DNA of 64,000 nucleotides. Source: a virus. The position numbers were made by a program, and so were the translations under genes. The stretch lies in IMG/VR virus record IMGVR_UViG_3300028025_000090; one strand, given 5' to 3'. Numbering within the stretch: the first letter of the stretch is position 1; each line of letters starts with the position of its first letter. The notes beneath the pieces are model-generated. The model ran no database searches. It saw only the letters and a program-made list of their open reading frames with translations, and had not been told where the DNA came from. Shown in pieces: positions 42,160 to 52,622 of this stretch.

Positions 42160-43749
42160 TTAACCCTTGACAGGTGTTTTCTTCTCATGTAATTGCGCAT
42201 AGGACTGAGCAACAGTGTTATGCGCATTTATTTTATTTTTATGAGCATCTTTACGAACGTCTTCGTTTGATTCCATGAGTTTAAGAGGAATATTATTGAA
42301 ATGGTGACTATGTGGATAAGTCACGATCAAATCATGAGTTGCTTTAGCATAGACTGGATAAAATTCTCCAGCGATGTTACATTCACCGATTACCAATTGT
42401 CTGTCTTGATCGATAGCAAATTTACCAAACACTACTGTATTTTCAGTTTGCTGCACTTCTAATGGCGCAGTAACGTGTTGAAGGTATGTTTCACCCTCTA
42501 CTGCCAACCCACCCCCTACAATTAAATTATTTTTAATTCCCATGGAAGATTCGACATACACTTGTCTATTTGTCCGAAGAATGATTGTCTTGAGGGATTG
42601 TATCTCGACATTACTCTCCGATGCAAGATGAACACCATGGGAAGCATTCAAATTAATTTGTTTGAAACCACCTCGTAAAACAGTTCCTCCCATTTCAAAA
42701 GAACCAGTGGTTTTCATAGAAATACCACCAGAACCCACGATTCTATTGAAAGAATTTCCGACAATTACGTGATCCTTACCACAAGGAAAATTAGAAGAAT
42801 TATCAACTTCTTCGACTAGAGGAACATAATCATGATTTTTATAAATCCCTTTATCGGATACTAACATTTCAAATGGTTGACTTCTACCCTTTTCATCAAT
42901 ACGAACTGATGGGAAATCATTGAAGACTGCTCCAATTGTTTCAAATTTATTTCTTTTGGTGATAAGATGTTCATCCCCACCATCACCCATTTTTTCTTCA
43001 ATCTTGGTTAATTGTTCCTGAGCATCTAAAAATTGTTTATCGATGTCCAATGCATCTTGATCTTTATCCCATTCGCCATTTTCCGTTGCAGCAGATTTGG
43101 AAGCACCAAATTCTAAAACACCTGGAGCTTGAGATCCAGCACCACCAGCACTCTTTTCGATATTTTCAAGAGTAATTGATTCTTCTTTTGCTGATTTTCC
43201 ACTTCGCTCAGTAACAGGAACATACGTAGCCACTTCATCAAATTTTGATGTTCTATAAGGTGTTTTGGTATATCCTTTGAATTTATTCTCTACTACAAAT
43301 ACCTTGGAACCGATGACAGGGTTATCATCGCGACTTCCCGATGGAGAATTGGACACACCATTAGGCAATGATAAACCACCTCTTTTTATTTTAAATTTTG
43401 AATTGTTATCAGCAATAGGTTTAACCAAATCTTTCCACTCTTGGAATGCTTGAATTTCTGATTCATCTATAAATCCTTTGTAATTATAAACCGTGCCACC
43501 AACTCTTTCATTTTTTCCACCTACTACGAATTCACTGGAATCTCCTTTTATGGTATCAAATTTATCATTCAATACTAAAGTTTGTTTATTATTTGTCGCA
43601 AATTCAGAATTCGATACATTGTTCAGCAGAATATTACTACCCGATCTTTGAGAAATATGTAGAGATTCATTATCAGTTGTATTGTTGATAACAATCGCTC
43701 CACCTCTTTGGTTTAATACTGTGCGGTTTCTATATTTCTTTTTAGACAT
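42160..43749 (-). CDS. Baseplate hub/spike protein, gp5 C-terminal-like
   Basis: Beta-repeat-like segments, C-terminal HSHHF metal-binding-type motif, directly after gp5 OB-fold gene. Confidence 0.55.
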   Translation of the reverse strand: MSKKKYRNRTVLNQRGGAIVINNTTDNESLHISQRSGSNILLNNVSNSEFATNNKQTLVLNDKFDTIKGDSSEFVVGGKNERVGGTVYNYKGFIDESEIQAFQEWKDLVKPIADNNSKFKIKRGGLSLPNGVSNSPSGSRDDNPVIGSKVFVVENKFKGYTKTPYRTSKFDEVATYVPVTERSGKSAKEESITLENIEKSAGGAGSQAPGVLEFGASKSAATENGEWDKDQDALDIDKQFLDAQEQLTKIEEKMGDGGDEHLITKRNKFETIGAVFNDFPSVRIDEKGRSQPFEMLVSDKGIYKNHDYVPLVEEVDNSSNFPCGKDHVIVGNSFNRIVGSGGISMKTTGSFEMGGTVLRGGFKQINLNASHGVHLASESNVEIQSLKTIILRTNRQVYVESSMGIKNNLIVGGGLAVEGETYLQHVTAPLEVQQTENTVVFGKFAIDQDRQLVIGECNIAGEFYPVYAKATHDLIVTYPHSHHFNNIPLKLMESNEDVRKDAHKNKINAHNTVAQSYAQLHEKKTPVKG

Positions 43750-43751
43750 AA

Positions 43752-44477
43752 TTAATTTTCAAAATCGGAAGGGTAGTAAGGGGAGATGTTGGATTCGTTA
43801 TCGGTTCTATTGATAAGTGTAAGGCTTCTATAATCTTGAATAACTCCGAAATAAACGGGGAAATTCAAATCACCCATATAATGGAAAACCCATACTTTAG
43901 AACCAACTTCAGGAACGCCCATTAGTCCTTTTGTTTTATTACTAAATTTTTGTGATTTGTAACCAAATGAATATGTATTACACTTCACAGAAAATACATC
44001 AATTGGTTTGTTGAAAGCGTCTCCCATGATAGTATCTTTGTTTTCATAGATAAATGCTGGTGAGAATGATCCTGTTTGTAATGTTGGGGGTTCTTCATCA
44101 TTCACTTGAAATCCTTCTTCATAATTACAATCAGAAATAGTTGAAATACTATCTTCGTCGTTTTGGTAATATCGAGCATTTCCCGATTCACCGATTATTG
44201 GATAACATGGTTCTGCCCATGGGATAGTATTGGCTATTTCTTTGAATATTGCAATGTCATTCCAATTATCAGTTGGATTATTGACACCTGCAATTTTAAC
44301 ATTGATCTCATCGTATTCTTCAAACCAATTATCAAAAGGTTGGTTGGATAATTCGGGAATATAAATTTTTACTCTATTCAATTTCAAAGGGTCATCGTTC
44401 TTTACGACAATACCACTATAAAATGATTCATCAGTTCTTTTAGATTCTACACCAGAACCACTACCCCTATTAAACAT
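43752..44477 (-). CDS. gp5: Baseplate hub gp5/VgrG N-terminal OB-fold protein
   Basis: GIVVKNDDPLKLNRVKIYIP, PWAEP, VPEVGSKVWVF...DLNFPVYFG. Confidence 0.75.
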   Translation of the reverse strand: MFNRGSGSGVESKRTDESFYSGIVVKNDDPLKLNRVKIYIPELSNQPFDNWFEEYDEINVKIAGVNNPTDNWNDIAIFKEIANTIPWAEPCYPIIGESGNARYYQNDEDSISTISDCNYEEGFQVNDEEPPTLQTGSFSPAFIYENKDTIMGDAFNKPIDVFSVKCNTYSFGYKSQKFSNKTKGLMGVPEVGSKVWVFHYMGDLNFPVYFGVIQDYRSLTLINRTDNESNISPYYPSDFEN

Positions 44478-44493
44478 ATTATTATTTAAGAGA

Positions 44494-44520
44494 AAAGCAC
44501 ACGAATCAACCGTGTGCTTT
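44494..44520 (-). terminator. Intrinsic terminator
   Basis: AAAGCACACG/CGTGTGCTTT stem with T-run. Confidence 0.7.
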
Positions 44521-44552
44521 CATATATAAATAAAGAATAAGAGTGCTTATTA

Positions 44553-45005
44553 TTAATATCCTAACAATCTCTTTCTACGAGTATCAGGAGTAGATACAGA
44601 GAATGTTTCAGAGAATGATGCTGTTGGAACATTTGTAACGGTACTCAAGAACGTGAACACAGAATATGAATTATCAGTATTCACGATAGCCATTTGAGTA
44701 TTGTGAAGCGATGCTGGAATATTAAATCTCGAACCGAGAACATTCACTGTGACATTTGGATAAGCAGCAAGTGAGAATGCAGATGCAGTGTTAATGGTAG
44801 AACCTACTGAAAATTCAACAGGATCGAATGCAATACCCACATCAGTAGTGGACAGAGAAACCACACCTAATTGTCTAGTGGCGACGACCACATTAGCACC
44901 AGAGAGGAATGTAACACCTGTTGCAGAGAGTATTGTGTTGGTAAGATTAGGATTACCAGTTTTTGCAGCGGACAGAAGGTTTTGTTGGAACGTAAAAATG
45001 CTCAT
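44553..45005 (-). CDS. Hypothetical structural protein (start revised from 45020)
   Basis: TAAATA-N5-ATG; S/T/A/V-rich. Confidence 0.7.
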   Translation of the reverse strand: MSIFTFQQNLLSAAKTGNPNLTNTILSATGVTFLSGANVVVATRQLGVVSLSTTDVGIAFDPVEFSVGSTINTASAFSLAAYPNVTVNVLGSRFNIPASLHNTQMAIVNTDNSYSVFTFLSTVTNVPTASFSETFSVSTPDTRRKRLLGY

Positions 45006-45033
45006 GTTATTATTTAGCAAAATTGATCAAATT

Positions 45034-45558
45034 TTAGAAATTACGTTGAAGATGGATTTCCGTTTCATCACCATTTTTCTGTTCATCAGATATTTCAAAA
45101 TTTTCAATTCGGGGAACTAGATATTTTTTATAAAGAGATGTTCGGTTATTACCTTTAGATGAAAAGGTTAAATTTTGAACTTCATAATTATCTCCATCAT
45201 ATTCCACGAAATAATTTGTAATTTCAATTACTGTAGCGAATACGCGAAATGCATTACCTGTTCCCGTTTTTTCAATATTTGTCTCGTAGCCACCATCTCC
45301 TTTATCTTTTTCAACAACCCCGAATGCAATTTCCCAGTATTTGTCATTGTATCTGTTTTGCTTTGCATACCAAATGTATGGAACACCTTCATCTGTTTTG
45401 AAATGTATTATTTGAGTTGGTGTAAGAACATCTTTGGGATATTCATCTCCACTATCATCCCAATCATCTACGACTTCTTCGGTTTTGAACGTATTCTTCC
45501 AAGGGTATGGATTATCAAGACTTTCGTGGATTTGGAAAAATTGATTGAATAATTGCAT
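45034..45558 (-). CDS. Phage hypothetical protein
   Basis: TAAATA-N6-ATG; TGTGNAFRVFATVIE. Confidence 0.75.
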   Translation of the reverse strand: MQLFNQFFQIHESLDNPYPWKNTFKTEEVVDDWDDSGDEYPKDVLTPTQIIHFKTDEGVPYIWYAKQNRYNDKYWEIAFGVVEKDKGDGGYETNIEKTGTGNAFRVFATVIEITNYFVEYDGDNYEVQNLTFSSKGNNRTSLYKKYLVPRIENFEISDEQKNGDETEIHLQRNF

Positions 45559-45583
45559 TGATATTATTTAACGTATAAACGAG

Positions 45584-45615
45584 GAAACCCGATGCTCTTC
45601 GGTGCATCGGGTTTC
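45584..45615 (-). terminator. Terminator after major capsid gene
   Basis: 12-bp stem GAAACCCGATGC/GCATCGGGTTTC. Confidence 0.75.
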
Positions 45616-45650
45616 ATAAATTTGATTAGCGTGTCTGCTAAGAGTTAGAC

Positions 45651-47120
45651 TTACAGGTAAGTGCTAACAGAACCAGGAGTAAACGCAGTACCAAGACCTT
45701 TGACAATGATCAGGTGATAATAAAGATTAGCACCGAAGATATTGTTTACGATACCATAACGGGTCATGAGTCCAACGCGAGGAGCGAAATCATTCGGTCC
45801 AATTGTGCGTTGCACCATAATCGGGATGTATGGGCAGTAAATAATACCTGTGTCATAGTATTCAGAACCTTTGTAACCCAACAGAGCATACTCAACACCG
45901 CCACCACCGTTAGGAGGATTGGTGTAGTAGTTATTATCTCTATAGAGTGAAGTGTTCTGAACTTCAGTCCGAGTATCACGATAAACCGTCCAGCGGCTAC
46001 CAACCGTACCAACTTTAGCAATACCTACACCAGCCGTGGAAACAGTTCCATTAACTTCAAAAACTTTGAAGTCAGGAAGCATTTCGAGGATGCTGCAAAC
46101 ACGAGGAGTTGCGATAACAAAGTTAGCAGCACCTCTACGGTTACGAGCAGCCATACGACCACTTTCGATAAGCAAACGTTGATAGAAGGTAAGGTTTCTT
46201 TCAGCAGTCCAACGACCATCCGCACTAACAGGACTCCAGATGGAGAAACCTGCGCCAGCACCAGCATTGAAAGCAGTTTGGATCATACGCATCACAACTT
46301 CACGGTCGATCTCAGCTTGGATCTCATACGACATTGCATTCGTAAGTTCTCCATCGATATCGATACCGTTCATGTTTTTGATGTCTTGTTCCAACTCTAC
46401 ACTCCAACGAGTTGCAAGTCTACGTGTTCCAGCTTCAACAGCAGTTTTGTCAAACTTGAGTTCGATTTGAGGGATTTTACCCGTCAATTCGTAGTTGCTC
46501 AAGAGTTCAGCAATACCACGGTCTTGATCTGCGAATGTCCATTCGGCATGACCCGAAAGGAAACCAGCAGATGTGCCAGTGAAACGTGTGTCCAGAAGTT
46601 GATAACCAAGTTCGTCGTTCGGAAGACCAGTGCTACCTTCGTAGGCACTAGAACCGTTTGAACGGTAGTTAGTTCCGTTCGATCCTGCACTCTTACCGTC
46701 GATATCCATATTGCTAAGGGTATCGCCTTGATAAGCGTAACGAAGAGCGAAAGCAAGACCAACAGGACCGCCCATAGGCTGAACGCCTACGATCTCATTG
46801 GAAATCAATTCAGGGAAAGTGCGTCGAATCATAGGAATCAGAATCTTTGGAAGACGAGCATCACCAGTAGCATAGGAGTCGCTGTTAGCGATACCATTGC
46901 CAATGTTAGTCGTTGCACCAAACACACCACCGCTAGCGGCAGTATTGGATTCTTGAAAGCACCACTGTTCTTGGTTCTCAAGCAGCATAGCGGTAGTCTT
47001 GTAAACGTGTTCGTTCTGGATAGCAGGAATCGAGTTCGAGCTATAGTCCAGCACTTTACGCCATTTAGCGACTGCGCGTTGCATTTTTGAGCCATTTAAA
47101 TCAGTTTGTGGGATATTCAT
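45651..47120 (-). CDS. gp23: Major capsid protein (T4 gp23-like)
   Basis: TAMLLENQ, IVGVQPMGGPVGLAFALR, ELEQD, EIQAEIDREV, YCPYIP, GLMTRYG. Confidence 0.97.
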   Translation of the reverse strand: MNIPQTDLNGSKMQRAVAKWRKVLDYSSNSIPAIQNEHVYKTTAMLLENQEQWCFQESNTAASGGVFGATTNIGNGIANSDSYATGDARLPKILIPMIRRTFPELISNEIVGVQPMGGPVGLAFALRYAYQGDTLSNMDIDGKSAGSNGTNYRSNGSSAYEGSTGLPNDELGYQLLDTRFTGTSAGFLSGHAEWTFADQDRGIAELLSNYELTGKIPQIELKFDKTAVEAGTRRLATRWSVELEQDIKNMNGIDIDGELTNAMSYEIQAEIDREVVMRMIQTAFNAGAGAGFSIWSPVSADGRWTAERNLTFYQRLLIESGRMAARNRRGAANFVIATPRVCSILEMLPDFKVFEVNGTVSTAGVGIAKVGTVGSRWTVYRDTRTEVQNTSLYRDNNYYTNPPNGGGGVEYALLGYKGSEYYDTGIIYCPYIPIMVQRTIGPNDFAPRVGLMTRYGIVNNIFGANLYYHLIIVKGLGTAFTPGSVSTYL

Positions 47121-47182
47121 ATATATTTGACTTTCTATTCACATTTGTTCAGGAATTAATTCCTCATAGTGCGGGGTGGAAA

Positions 47183-48067
47183 TTATCTTCTGAATTCCAT
47201 CGTTTGAAGGATACTCAGATAAGGATCATTCTCCTCTACATCATTACTTACCTTTTCCGTGATAATTTTTTGATTTTTCACGAAATCTGGCTTATGTTTA
47301 CGGTTTTGGAGAGCTTCTTCCTTGATTACTTCAAGTTGTTTCTTCTCTTGTTTTTCAAAAAGACGCACTGTGTAATCGAAATTTTCTTTGATAAAGGTAA
47401 GAGACTTGTCACCAAGAGCTTTCTTAATGAAGTTCTTTTTAGATTCAGGATACTTGGAAGTCTTACCTTCGAGGAAGAGTTTAACTTGTGTGTTATTTTT
47501 CTCTTCAGTGATAACTTTGAGATTGCTCTTCAAAGAAGCGTTCTCATTACGAAGTTTGTCCAATTCAGTTTTACCTTGAAGAATTGCATCGGAAACGGAT
47601 TCTTTCATGACAGCAGAATCAATTGCAAACACTTTGCGAAGATTCTCCAACACATTCATAGCGGTTTTATTCTTAACTGCTTGCTCAATATCTTTAGCAG
47701 GAATGGATTCATTCAAAAATTCTTCCAAATATGCACTAACAGACTCAGTGAGTTGTTTTTTGAATCTAATCAAATCACCTTGTTGTTCTCTTTCGTATTT
47801 CTTAACAACTTTAACCAATTTGGTGGTCTTATCTCTGTCAAAAGCTTCCATCAATTTTTTCATTTTGATGGTGCGATCTTTATCAAGCGATTCCATGACC
47901 GATCCCAATTTAGCAGCATACACTTCATCCTGTTCAACCAATGCAGCTTCAACTGCAAGATCTACTTTAGCTTCCAATGCTTTTTGGATAGCACTAACGG
48001 ATTCGTCGGAAAGACCGAGACTTTTTTGAACGTCTTCAGAGAAAAGATTCTGTTTGTTTTTCTTCAT
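47183..48067 (-). CDS. gp22: Prohead core scaffold (gp22-like)
   Basis: Coiled-coil, E/K-rich, directly upstream of gp23; TAAATA-N5-ATG. Confidence 0.8.
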   Translation of the reverse strand: MKKNKQNLFSEDVQKSLGLSDESVSAIQKALEAKVDLAVEAALVEQDEVYAAKLGSVMESLDKDRTIKMKKLMEAFDRDKTTKLVKVVKKYEREQQGDLIRFKKQLTESVSAYLEEFLNESIPAKDIEQAVKNKTAMNVLENLRKVFAIDSAVMKESVSDAILQGKTELDKLRNENASLKSNLKVITEEKNNTQVKLFLEGKTSKYPESKKNFIKKALGDKSLTFIKENFDYTVRLFEKQEKKQLEVIKEEALQNRKHKPDFVKNQKIITEKVSNDVEENDPYLSILQTMEFRR

Positions 48068-48104
48068 AATATTATTTAGAGATTTGATATAACTTTTTTA
48101 TGTT

Positions 48105-48557
48105 TTAGAACAAAGGTTTTTCAATTTCTTGAGAAATTTTCTCTTGAATCTTGTTATTGATGGTATCTTTCAGATATTTATGAGCGTTTGCATGATCATC
48201 AGTCATGATAGCTTCGATAAATTTGATGATAGATGCGGACTCGTTGAGTCCTTCGGGTTTTTTACGATCATAAGAACCTTTACCTTTTTTGGGTTTCTCA
48301 ACTTTAGTTGCTGGTGCAAATCGTTTACGGTCTTCCACTTTAGGTCCTTCGAAAACAGTTTTGCCACCTCCCTGTTTCATTTTTTTAGTCACAGATTGTT
48401 CATCTTCTTCTTTTTCAGTCTTGAGGAATTTTTTAATTTCTTTTTTTGGCATTTCTTTGGCTACTTTTTTAGCTTCACCTGATACACCTTTTTGTCCTTT
48501 TTTGGCTCCCATTACAGCACCAAAAAATTTTTTTTGTTTTTCCGTTTTAGATGGCAT
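48105..48557 (-). CDS. Prohead-core-region protein: DUF3008-like N-terminus, ArfA-like motif, gp67/68-like C-terminus
   Basis: MPSKTEKQKKFFGAV; VEKPKKGKGSYDRK; position between gp21 and gp22. Confidence 0.45.
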   Translation of the reverse strand: MPSKTEKQKKFFGAVMGAKKGQKGVSGEAKKVAKEMPKKEIKKFLKTEKEEDEQSVTKKMKQGGGKTVFEGPKVEDRKRFAPATKVEKPKKGKGSYDRKKPEGLNESASIIKFIEAIMTDDHANAHKYLKDTINNKIQEKISQEIEKPLF

Positions 48558-48565
48558 ATTATTAT

Positions 48566-49231
48566 TTAGATACTATTGATAAATTTTATGATTTGTTGAC
48601 GGAGATACGACTCGATATCATGTTTCGGGAGAGTTTTAATGGTCTTTTCAAAATTTTCATATACTTCTTCAAAAGAACCGTCTTGTTCAACAACGTATGT
48701 TTTACTTTCCAAAATACCATTAACGAATGCTTTTGGATAAGATGGATCTGCAACAGCATCAATAGCTACCAAGTGCATATTTTGAACTAGATTGTAATCA
48801 TTATTTTCCATCAATTGTCCCAATGCACGAGTGGACATACCGACTTTAACGCCATCATTGATAAGCGCACGGAGGATCTGACCAGTAGGTGTTGACAAGA
48901 CTTTCGCTTTACCAACAAAATAATCATTAACTTCAGTCAATTCTGTTACCAAATGGCAAGCTCTCTCCAGATTAACATCAGCACTAGTAGGGTGATTCAA
49001 CTCACCCATCGCTCTACCTGGAAGAACCATCTCATTGATATATCTTTGAACTTCAGTTCTCGTATCATCAAGTTTATACATTCTTTTATTTTTATTCACG
49101 CTATTGCAACCGATGAACGGTCCTTTAACATAAAGATTGGATGTACTGTTTCGATTGGATTGTTCTTCGATAACTTCAAAGTTATCAAACACATCAGGAT
49201 TCTCAGCAATTAATTTAAGTTTCAACGCCAT
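48566..49231 (-). CDS. gp21: Prohead protease (gp21-like)
   Basis: NKNKRMY, GELNHP, KVGMSTRALG, DAVADPS. Confidence 0.93.
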   Translation of the reverse strand: MALKLKLIAENPDVFDNFEVIEEQSNRNSTSNLYVKGPFIGCNSVNKNKRMYKLDDTRTEVQRYINEMVLPGRAMGELNHPTSADVNLERACHLVTELTEVNDYFVGKAKVLSTPTGQILRALINDGVKVGMSTRALGQLMENNDYNLVQNMHLVAIDAVADPSYPKAFVNGILESKTYVVEQDGSFEEVYENFEKTIKTLPKHDIESYLRQQIIKFINSI

Positions 49232-49264
49232 GATATTATTTATGTTTAGTGATTGTAAATTCTA

Positions 49265-49726
49265 TTAATTTAATTCTTTTTCTGTAATAATAATAAAATC
49301 CATGCCATGCTTCTTCGCGAATTCTTTGGCAAATGCCCATTTATCACAATTATTCTTCCATGCTACTTGTTCATAAAGCAGATTGGATTTCTTTTTATTT
49401 TTAGTAGCTTTTGGTTCTTGGGTCTGTTTCCAAGGTTTAACCTCTATGAGATATTTTTTAATTTTATCGCCTTCTTTTATTTTTACATAAGCATCAATAA
49501 AATACTTACGATTTTTCCTTTGAACACTATCGAAATAAGGAATAGTAATTTCTTCGCTATTCCATTCCAAAACATTCACATTATTATCTGCCCATCGAAA
49601 CAATTTCAATTCTAAACCAGATCGAAAAATTATATTATCTAATTTACCAATATACTTTTGAGGATTTTTAGGGGCAAAAAATCCTTGTTTAAATCTCGAA
49701 TCTTTTTTTAAAGGTAGATTACCCAT
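49265..49726 (-). CDS. gp4: Head completion nuclease (gp4-like)
   Basis: PKNPQKYIG, FRSGLE, EWNSEE, YFID, LIEVKP. Confidence 0.9.
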   Translation of the reverse strand: MGNLPLKKDSRFKQGFFAPKNPQKYIGKLDNIIFRSGLELKLFRWADNNVNVLEWNSEEITIPYFDSVQRKNRKYFIDAYVKIKEGDKIKKYLIEVKPWKQTQEPKATKNKKKSNLLYEQVAWKNNCDKWAFAKEFAKKHGMDFIIITEKELN

Positions 49727-50076
49727 TATACCATATGATCAGGCTCCACAATCTGAGGCAACAAAGCAATAAGCTCTTCCTGTGTCAATTCTTGAACATC
49801 AGGAAATAATCCTTGTCCGATTGCCTCAAGTAGTCTTAATGACCATAGAGCGGTATATGCCTTTCTTCCGTCAGCGAGATCAGTAAGAGAAGCTGTTTCA
49901 GGAAATCTCAAAGCTCTTAATCTTGTATGCTCAGAGTCATCCCAACCACATGCTATAGTCGTTACTGTTAAAAGTCCATCTGTTGCTTGTTCACCATACT
50001 GCTCATTGAGTGTTGGTAATTGTGCTACTAGTGCTTCCTGAAAAGCGAATGTTTTGAATTCTGTTGAGTATTTCAT
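49726..50076 (-). CDS. Hypothetical protein
   Basis: Coupled ORF. Confidence 0.7.
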   Translation of the reverse strand: MKYSTEFKTFAFQEALVAQLPTLNEQYGEQATDGLLTVTTIACGWDDSEHTRLRALRFPETASLTDLADGRKAYTALWSLRLLEAIGQGLFPDVQELTQEELIALLPQIVEPDHMV

Positions 50077-50106
50077 AATGTTATTTTAGCTTATTAATTG
50101 GATATG

Positions 50107-50895
50107 TCAATATACCCACTGAAACAATCTATCTTCGAATAGTGTATTTCTCAATAAAGTTTCTATCGTTTTATAATCAGATTGCTGAAAAATATTGTTA
50201 TTTATATGCATCAAAAATGAATTTATACCACCAGCCATATAAGAAGAACTGGAATTTGATGTTAGCCCTGTAAGTGTTTGTGTTGTTGTGCTATAATTTA
50301 ATCCGATTGTATTTGGGTTTGAAATGTAGGCTGTTGTAGCACCAGCAACGTTTCTGGAAAATCCAGTAAATGCTACGAAATCTCTGTTATTAAAAGTTCC
50401 TATGTTACCTCTAAAAGCGGTAGTACCCTTACCTACATCGAAATAATCAAACCAAGTAGTGTTAGTTGATACAGTTCCGATTAACCAGCCACCAGCATCG
50501 ACATTGTGACCAATTAAACGTTGATTTGATGTAGAAAATAAACCACCGACACAACACATAGTGCCAGAAAAATTATTAGGCACATAAGTCAAACTTGTAA
50601 AATCGACACGAGTGGTTATACCATTCTGTGTCCACCCTAAAGCATTTGAAACAGACCCATTATAAACACCTAAACCTCCAAGACCGTATATAACATTACC
50701 TTTACCAGCATTATGAATGCTTCTCATAGGATAACACACCATTGAATTCCATAGACCAATCTTTTTAATTTCAACGACAAACTTATTAATCTGCTTTAAA
50801 TTTTCAGGTAAAATAGTAACTCCACTACCTGCCTTAACTCTAGCAGCATAAGCAATAGTATCTTTATCTAATCCATATGTTCTTGTTTTTGGCAT
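50107..50895 (-). CDS. Virion lectin/LamG-like protein, paralogue 1
   Basis: Shared N-terminal module (INKFVVEIKKIGLWNSMVCYPMRSIHNAG) + beta-rich domain. Confidence 0.55.
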   Translation of the reverse strand: MPKTRTYGLDKDTIAYAARVKAGSGVTILPENLKQINKFVVEIKKIGLWNSMVCYPMRSIHNAGKGNVIYGLGGLGVYNGSVSNALGWTQNGITTRVDFTSLTYVPNNFSGTMCCVGGLFSTSNQRLIGHNVDAGGWLIGTVSTNTTWFDYFDVGKGTTAFRGNIGTFNNRDFVAFTGFSRNVAGATTAYISNPNTIGLNYSTTTQTLTGLTSNSSSSYMAGGINSFLMHINNNIFQQSDYKTIETLLRNTLFEDRLFQWVY

Positions 50896-50896
50896 A

Positions 50897-51739
50897 TTAT
50901 GGCAATCCTAATCCTTTCCCAATTGTTGTTTTAATTAAACGATACAAGTTAGCATCCTGTATATCTGAAACTAGACTATTTGTTAAAAATGCAAAAGAAG
51001 CTGTTAAGTTTAGAGGTGTATTATATCCTCCAAATCTTACAAAACTTGGAGTGGAGGTATTCCAATCGTTGCTCGCTGATCCCTGACTTACTTGATTGGT
51101 ATTAAGCGTGAAACGACCTGTTGTACCCGAGGTAAGTCTTATAGAAAAGTAATGCCGCCCTGTTCTAGTAAATGGAGTAGATGCACCACCGCCAACATTT
51201 TGCACACTTACTGAAGCTTGAAACCATGTTCCTATATATGTGCTTATGTTTTGAGCAGACGGAACTGACGATGTGCCAATAGCAAACTGCCTTCCATTAA
51301 TAGAGGTTTGAGCAGTAGCCCAATACCCAGCATTATTACCTATATCGGTATCGAGTTTTAATACTGCTCCATGAGCAACAGGAGCTACACCAATATCTCT
51401 TATAGGGGTACTAAACAACGGATTACCTGCTGTTGATCTAACAATGCCGTCTACACTCCAAGTAGCAGCATTTAATAGGGTAGCATCAGCACCTACTTGC
51501 TGACCTCCACCTAAACTTAGAGCATTAGCTCCTGATCCTATATTATGAATGGATCTAAAAAGGTAGCATACCATAGTATGCCATAGCCCTAAATCTTTTA
51601 ATCCGATAATAAAATTATCAATATCTACAGCATCACTATTAGTTATTGGACTCAATCCAATAAGTGATCTATATGTATCAACTTTATTGAGATAACGTTT
51701 GGTATCTATATCAAATGTATATTTTCTTTCTGTTGGCAT
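50897..51739 (-). CDS. Virion lectin/LamG-like protein, paralogue 2
   Basis: IDNFIIGLKDLGLWHTMVCYLFRSIHNIG; ends TTIGKGLGLP. Confidence 0.55.
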   Translation of the reverse strand: MPTERKYTFDIDTKRYLNKVDTYRSLIGLSPITNSDAVDIDNFIIGLKDLGLWHTMVCYLFRSIHNIGSGANALSLGGGQQVGADATLLNAATWSVDGIVRSTAGNPLFSTPIRDIGVAPVAHGAVLKLDTDIGNNAGYWATAQTSINGRQFAIGTSSVPSAQNISTYIGTWFQASVSVQNVGGGASTPFTRTGRHYFSIRLTSGTTGRFTLNTNQVSQGSASNDWNTSTPSFVRFGGYNTPLNLTASFAFLTNSLVSDIQDANLYRLIKTTIGKGLGLP

Positions 51740-51740
51740 A

Positions 51741-52619
51741 TTATGGCAATCCTAATCCTTTCCCAATTGTCGTTTTAATTAAATTGTAGACACCTGAATA
51801 TTCTGTTGTAGTAATAGCTCTATTAGCTAAAATCATGAGACTCATAGTCCCTTGAAAATAGTCGCCTGAACCTGTCTGTCCGTTTCTAGCACCTATTCCC
51901 ATAGTAGGAAAAGTTGTATTATTAAAAAACGGTAAAGTCTTATTACTGATTGTAGTACTTGCATTAAGAGAAGTTGCTAATCCAGATGTTGTAGCTTGAC
52001 CAAATGCGAGGTAATTAACATGCATTTGTGCTGTATTGTAAGTTAAAAGTGTTCCAGCCGCTGCATCACCTGTAGCACTTGTAGGCGACGAATTAAAAGT
52101 AAAATAATACCTCTCAGCAACGCCAGTACCAGTCAAATAAGAATGGTTTTGTACATTAATGCGCAAACCTCTTGTAGACACAGTAGCTCCATCATTACCG
52201 AGTAACGCTCTACCTGTGGTTGTGAAATCTGGTTGGTGTAAGCAGATCATGCTAAATCCTGTAACTACAGGACTATTTAAAAAGTTGGGAATTCTTATAT
52301 ATTGAGAACTAGCAGCAGTGAAGCTTATACCAGATAGCCCCCATGTAGGGCTATTCTGCGCGATCCCATCAAACTTACCTATACCGCCTAAACTTAATAC
52401 ATTTGATGTGCTTCCTATATTATGCTGACTACGTAAGGGATAAGCAATAATGTTTTGCCATAAATTTAACTGCTTTAATCCCTTAACAAAATTGTCTACA
52501 TCTGCTACATCAGTAGGAGCTAATTCTCTACCATAGGTGTATAACTTTTGAAGGTATTGCTTTGTCTCATTTTGTAACCCATATGATCTTTTCTCTGTAT
52601 TATAATATCTTTTTGCCAT
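51741..52619 (-). CDS. Virion lectin/LamG-like protein, paralogue 3
   Basis: VDNFVKGLKQLNLWQNIIAYPLRSQHNIG; YFQGTMS; ends TTIGKGLGLP. Confidence 0.55.
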   Translation of the reverse strand: MAKRYYNTEKRSYGLQNETKQYLQKLYTYGRELAPTDVADVDNFVKGLKQLNLWQNIIAYPLRSQHNIGSTSNVLSLGGIGKFDGIAQNSPTWGLSGISFTAASSQYIRIPNFLNSPVVTGFSMICLHQPDFTTTGRALLGNDGATVSTRGLRINVQNHSYLTGTGVAERYYFTFNSSPTSATGDAAAGTLLTYNTAQMHVNYLAFGQATTSGLATSLNASTTISNKTLPFFNNTTFPTMGIGARNGQTGSGDYFQGTMSLMILANRAITTTEYSGVYNLIKTTIGKGLGLP

Positions 52620-52622
52620 ATA

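Noticed and set aside
47087-48079. 330-aa plus-strand ORF
   Set aside because: Antisense shadow of the gp22-like coiled-coil gene; F/L-rich composition is expected from reverse-read E/K codons
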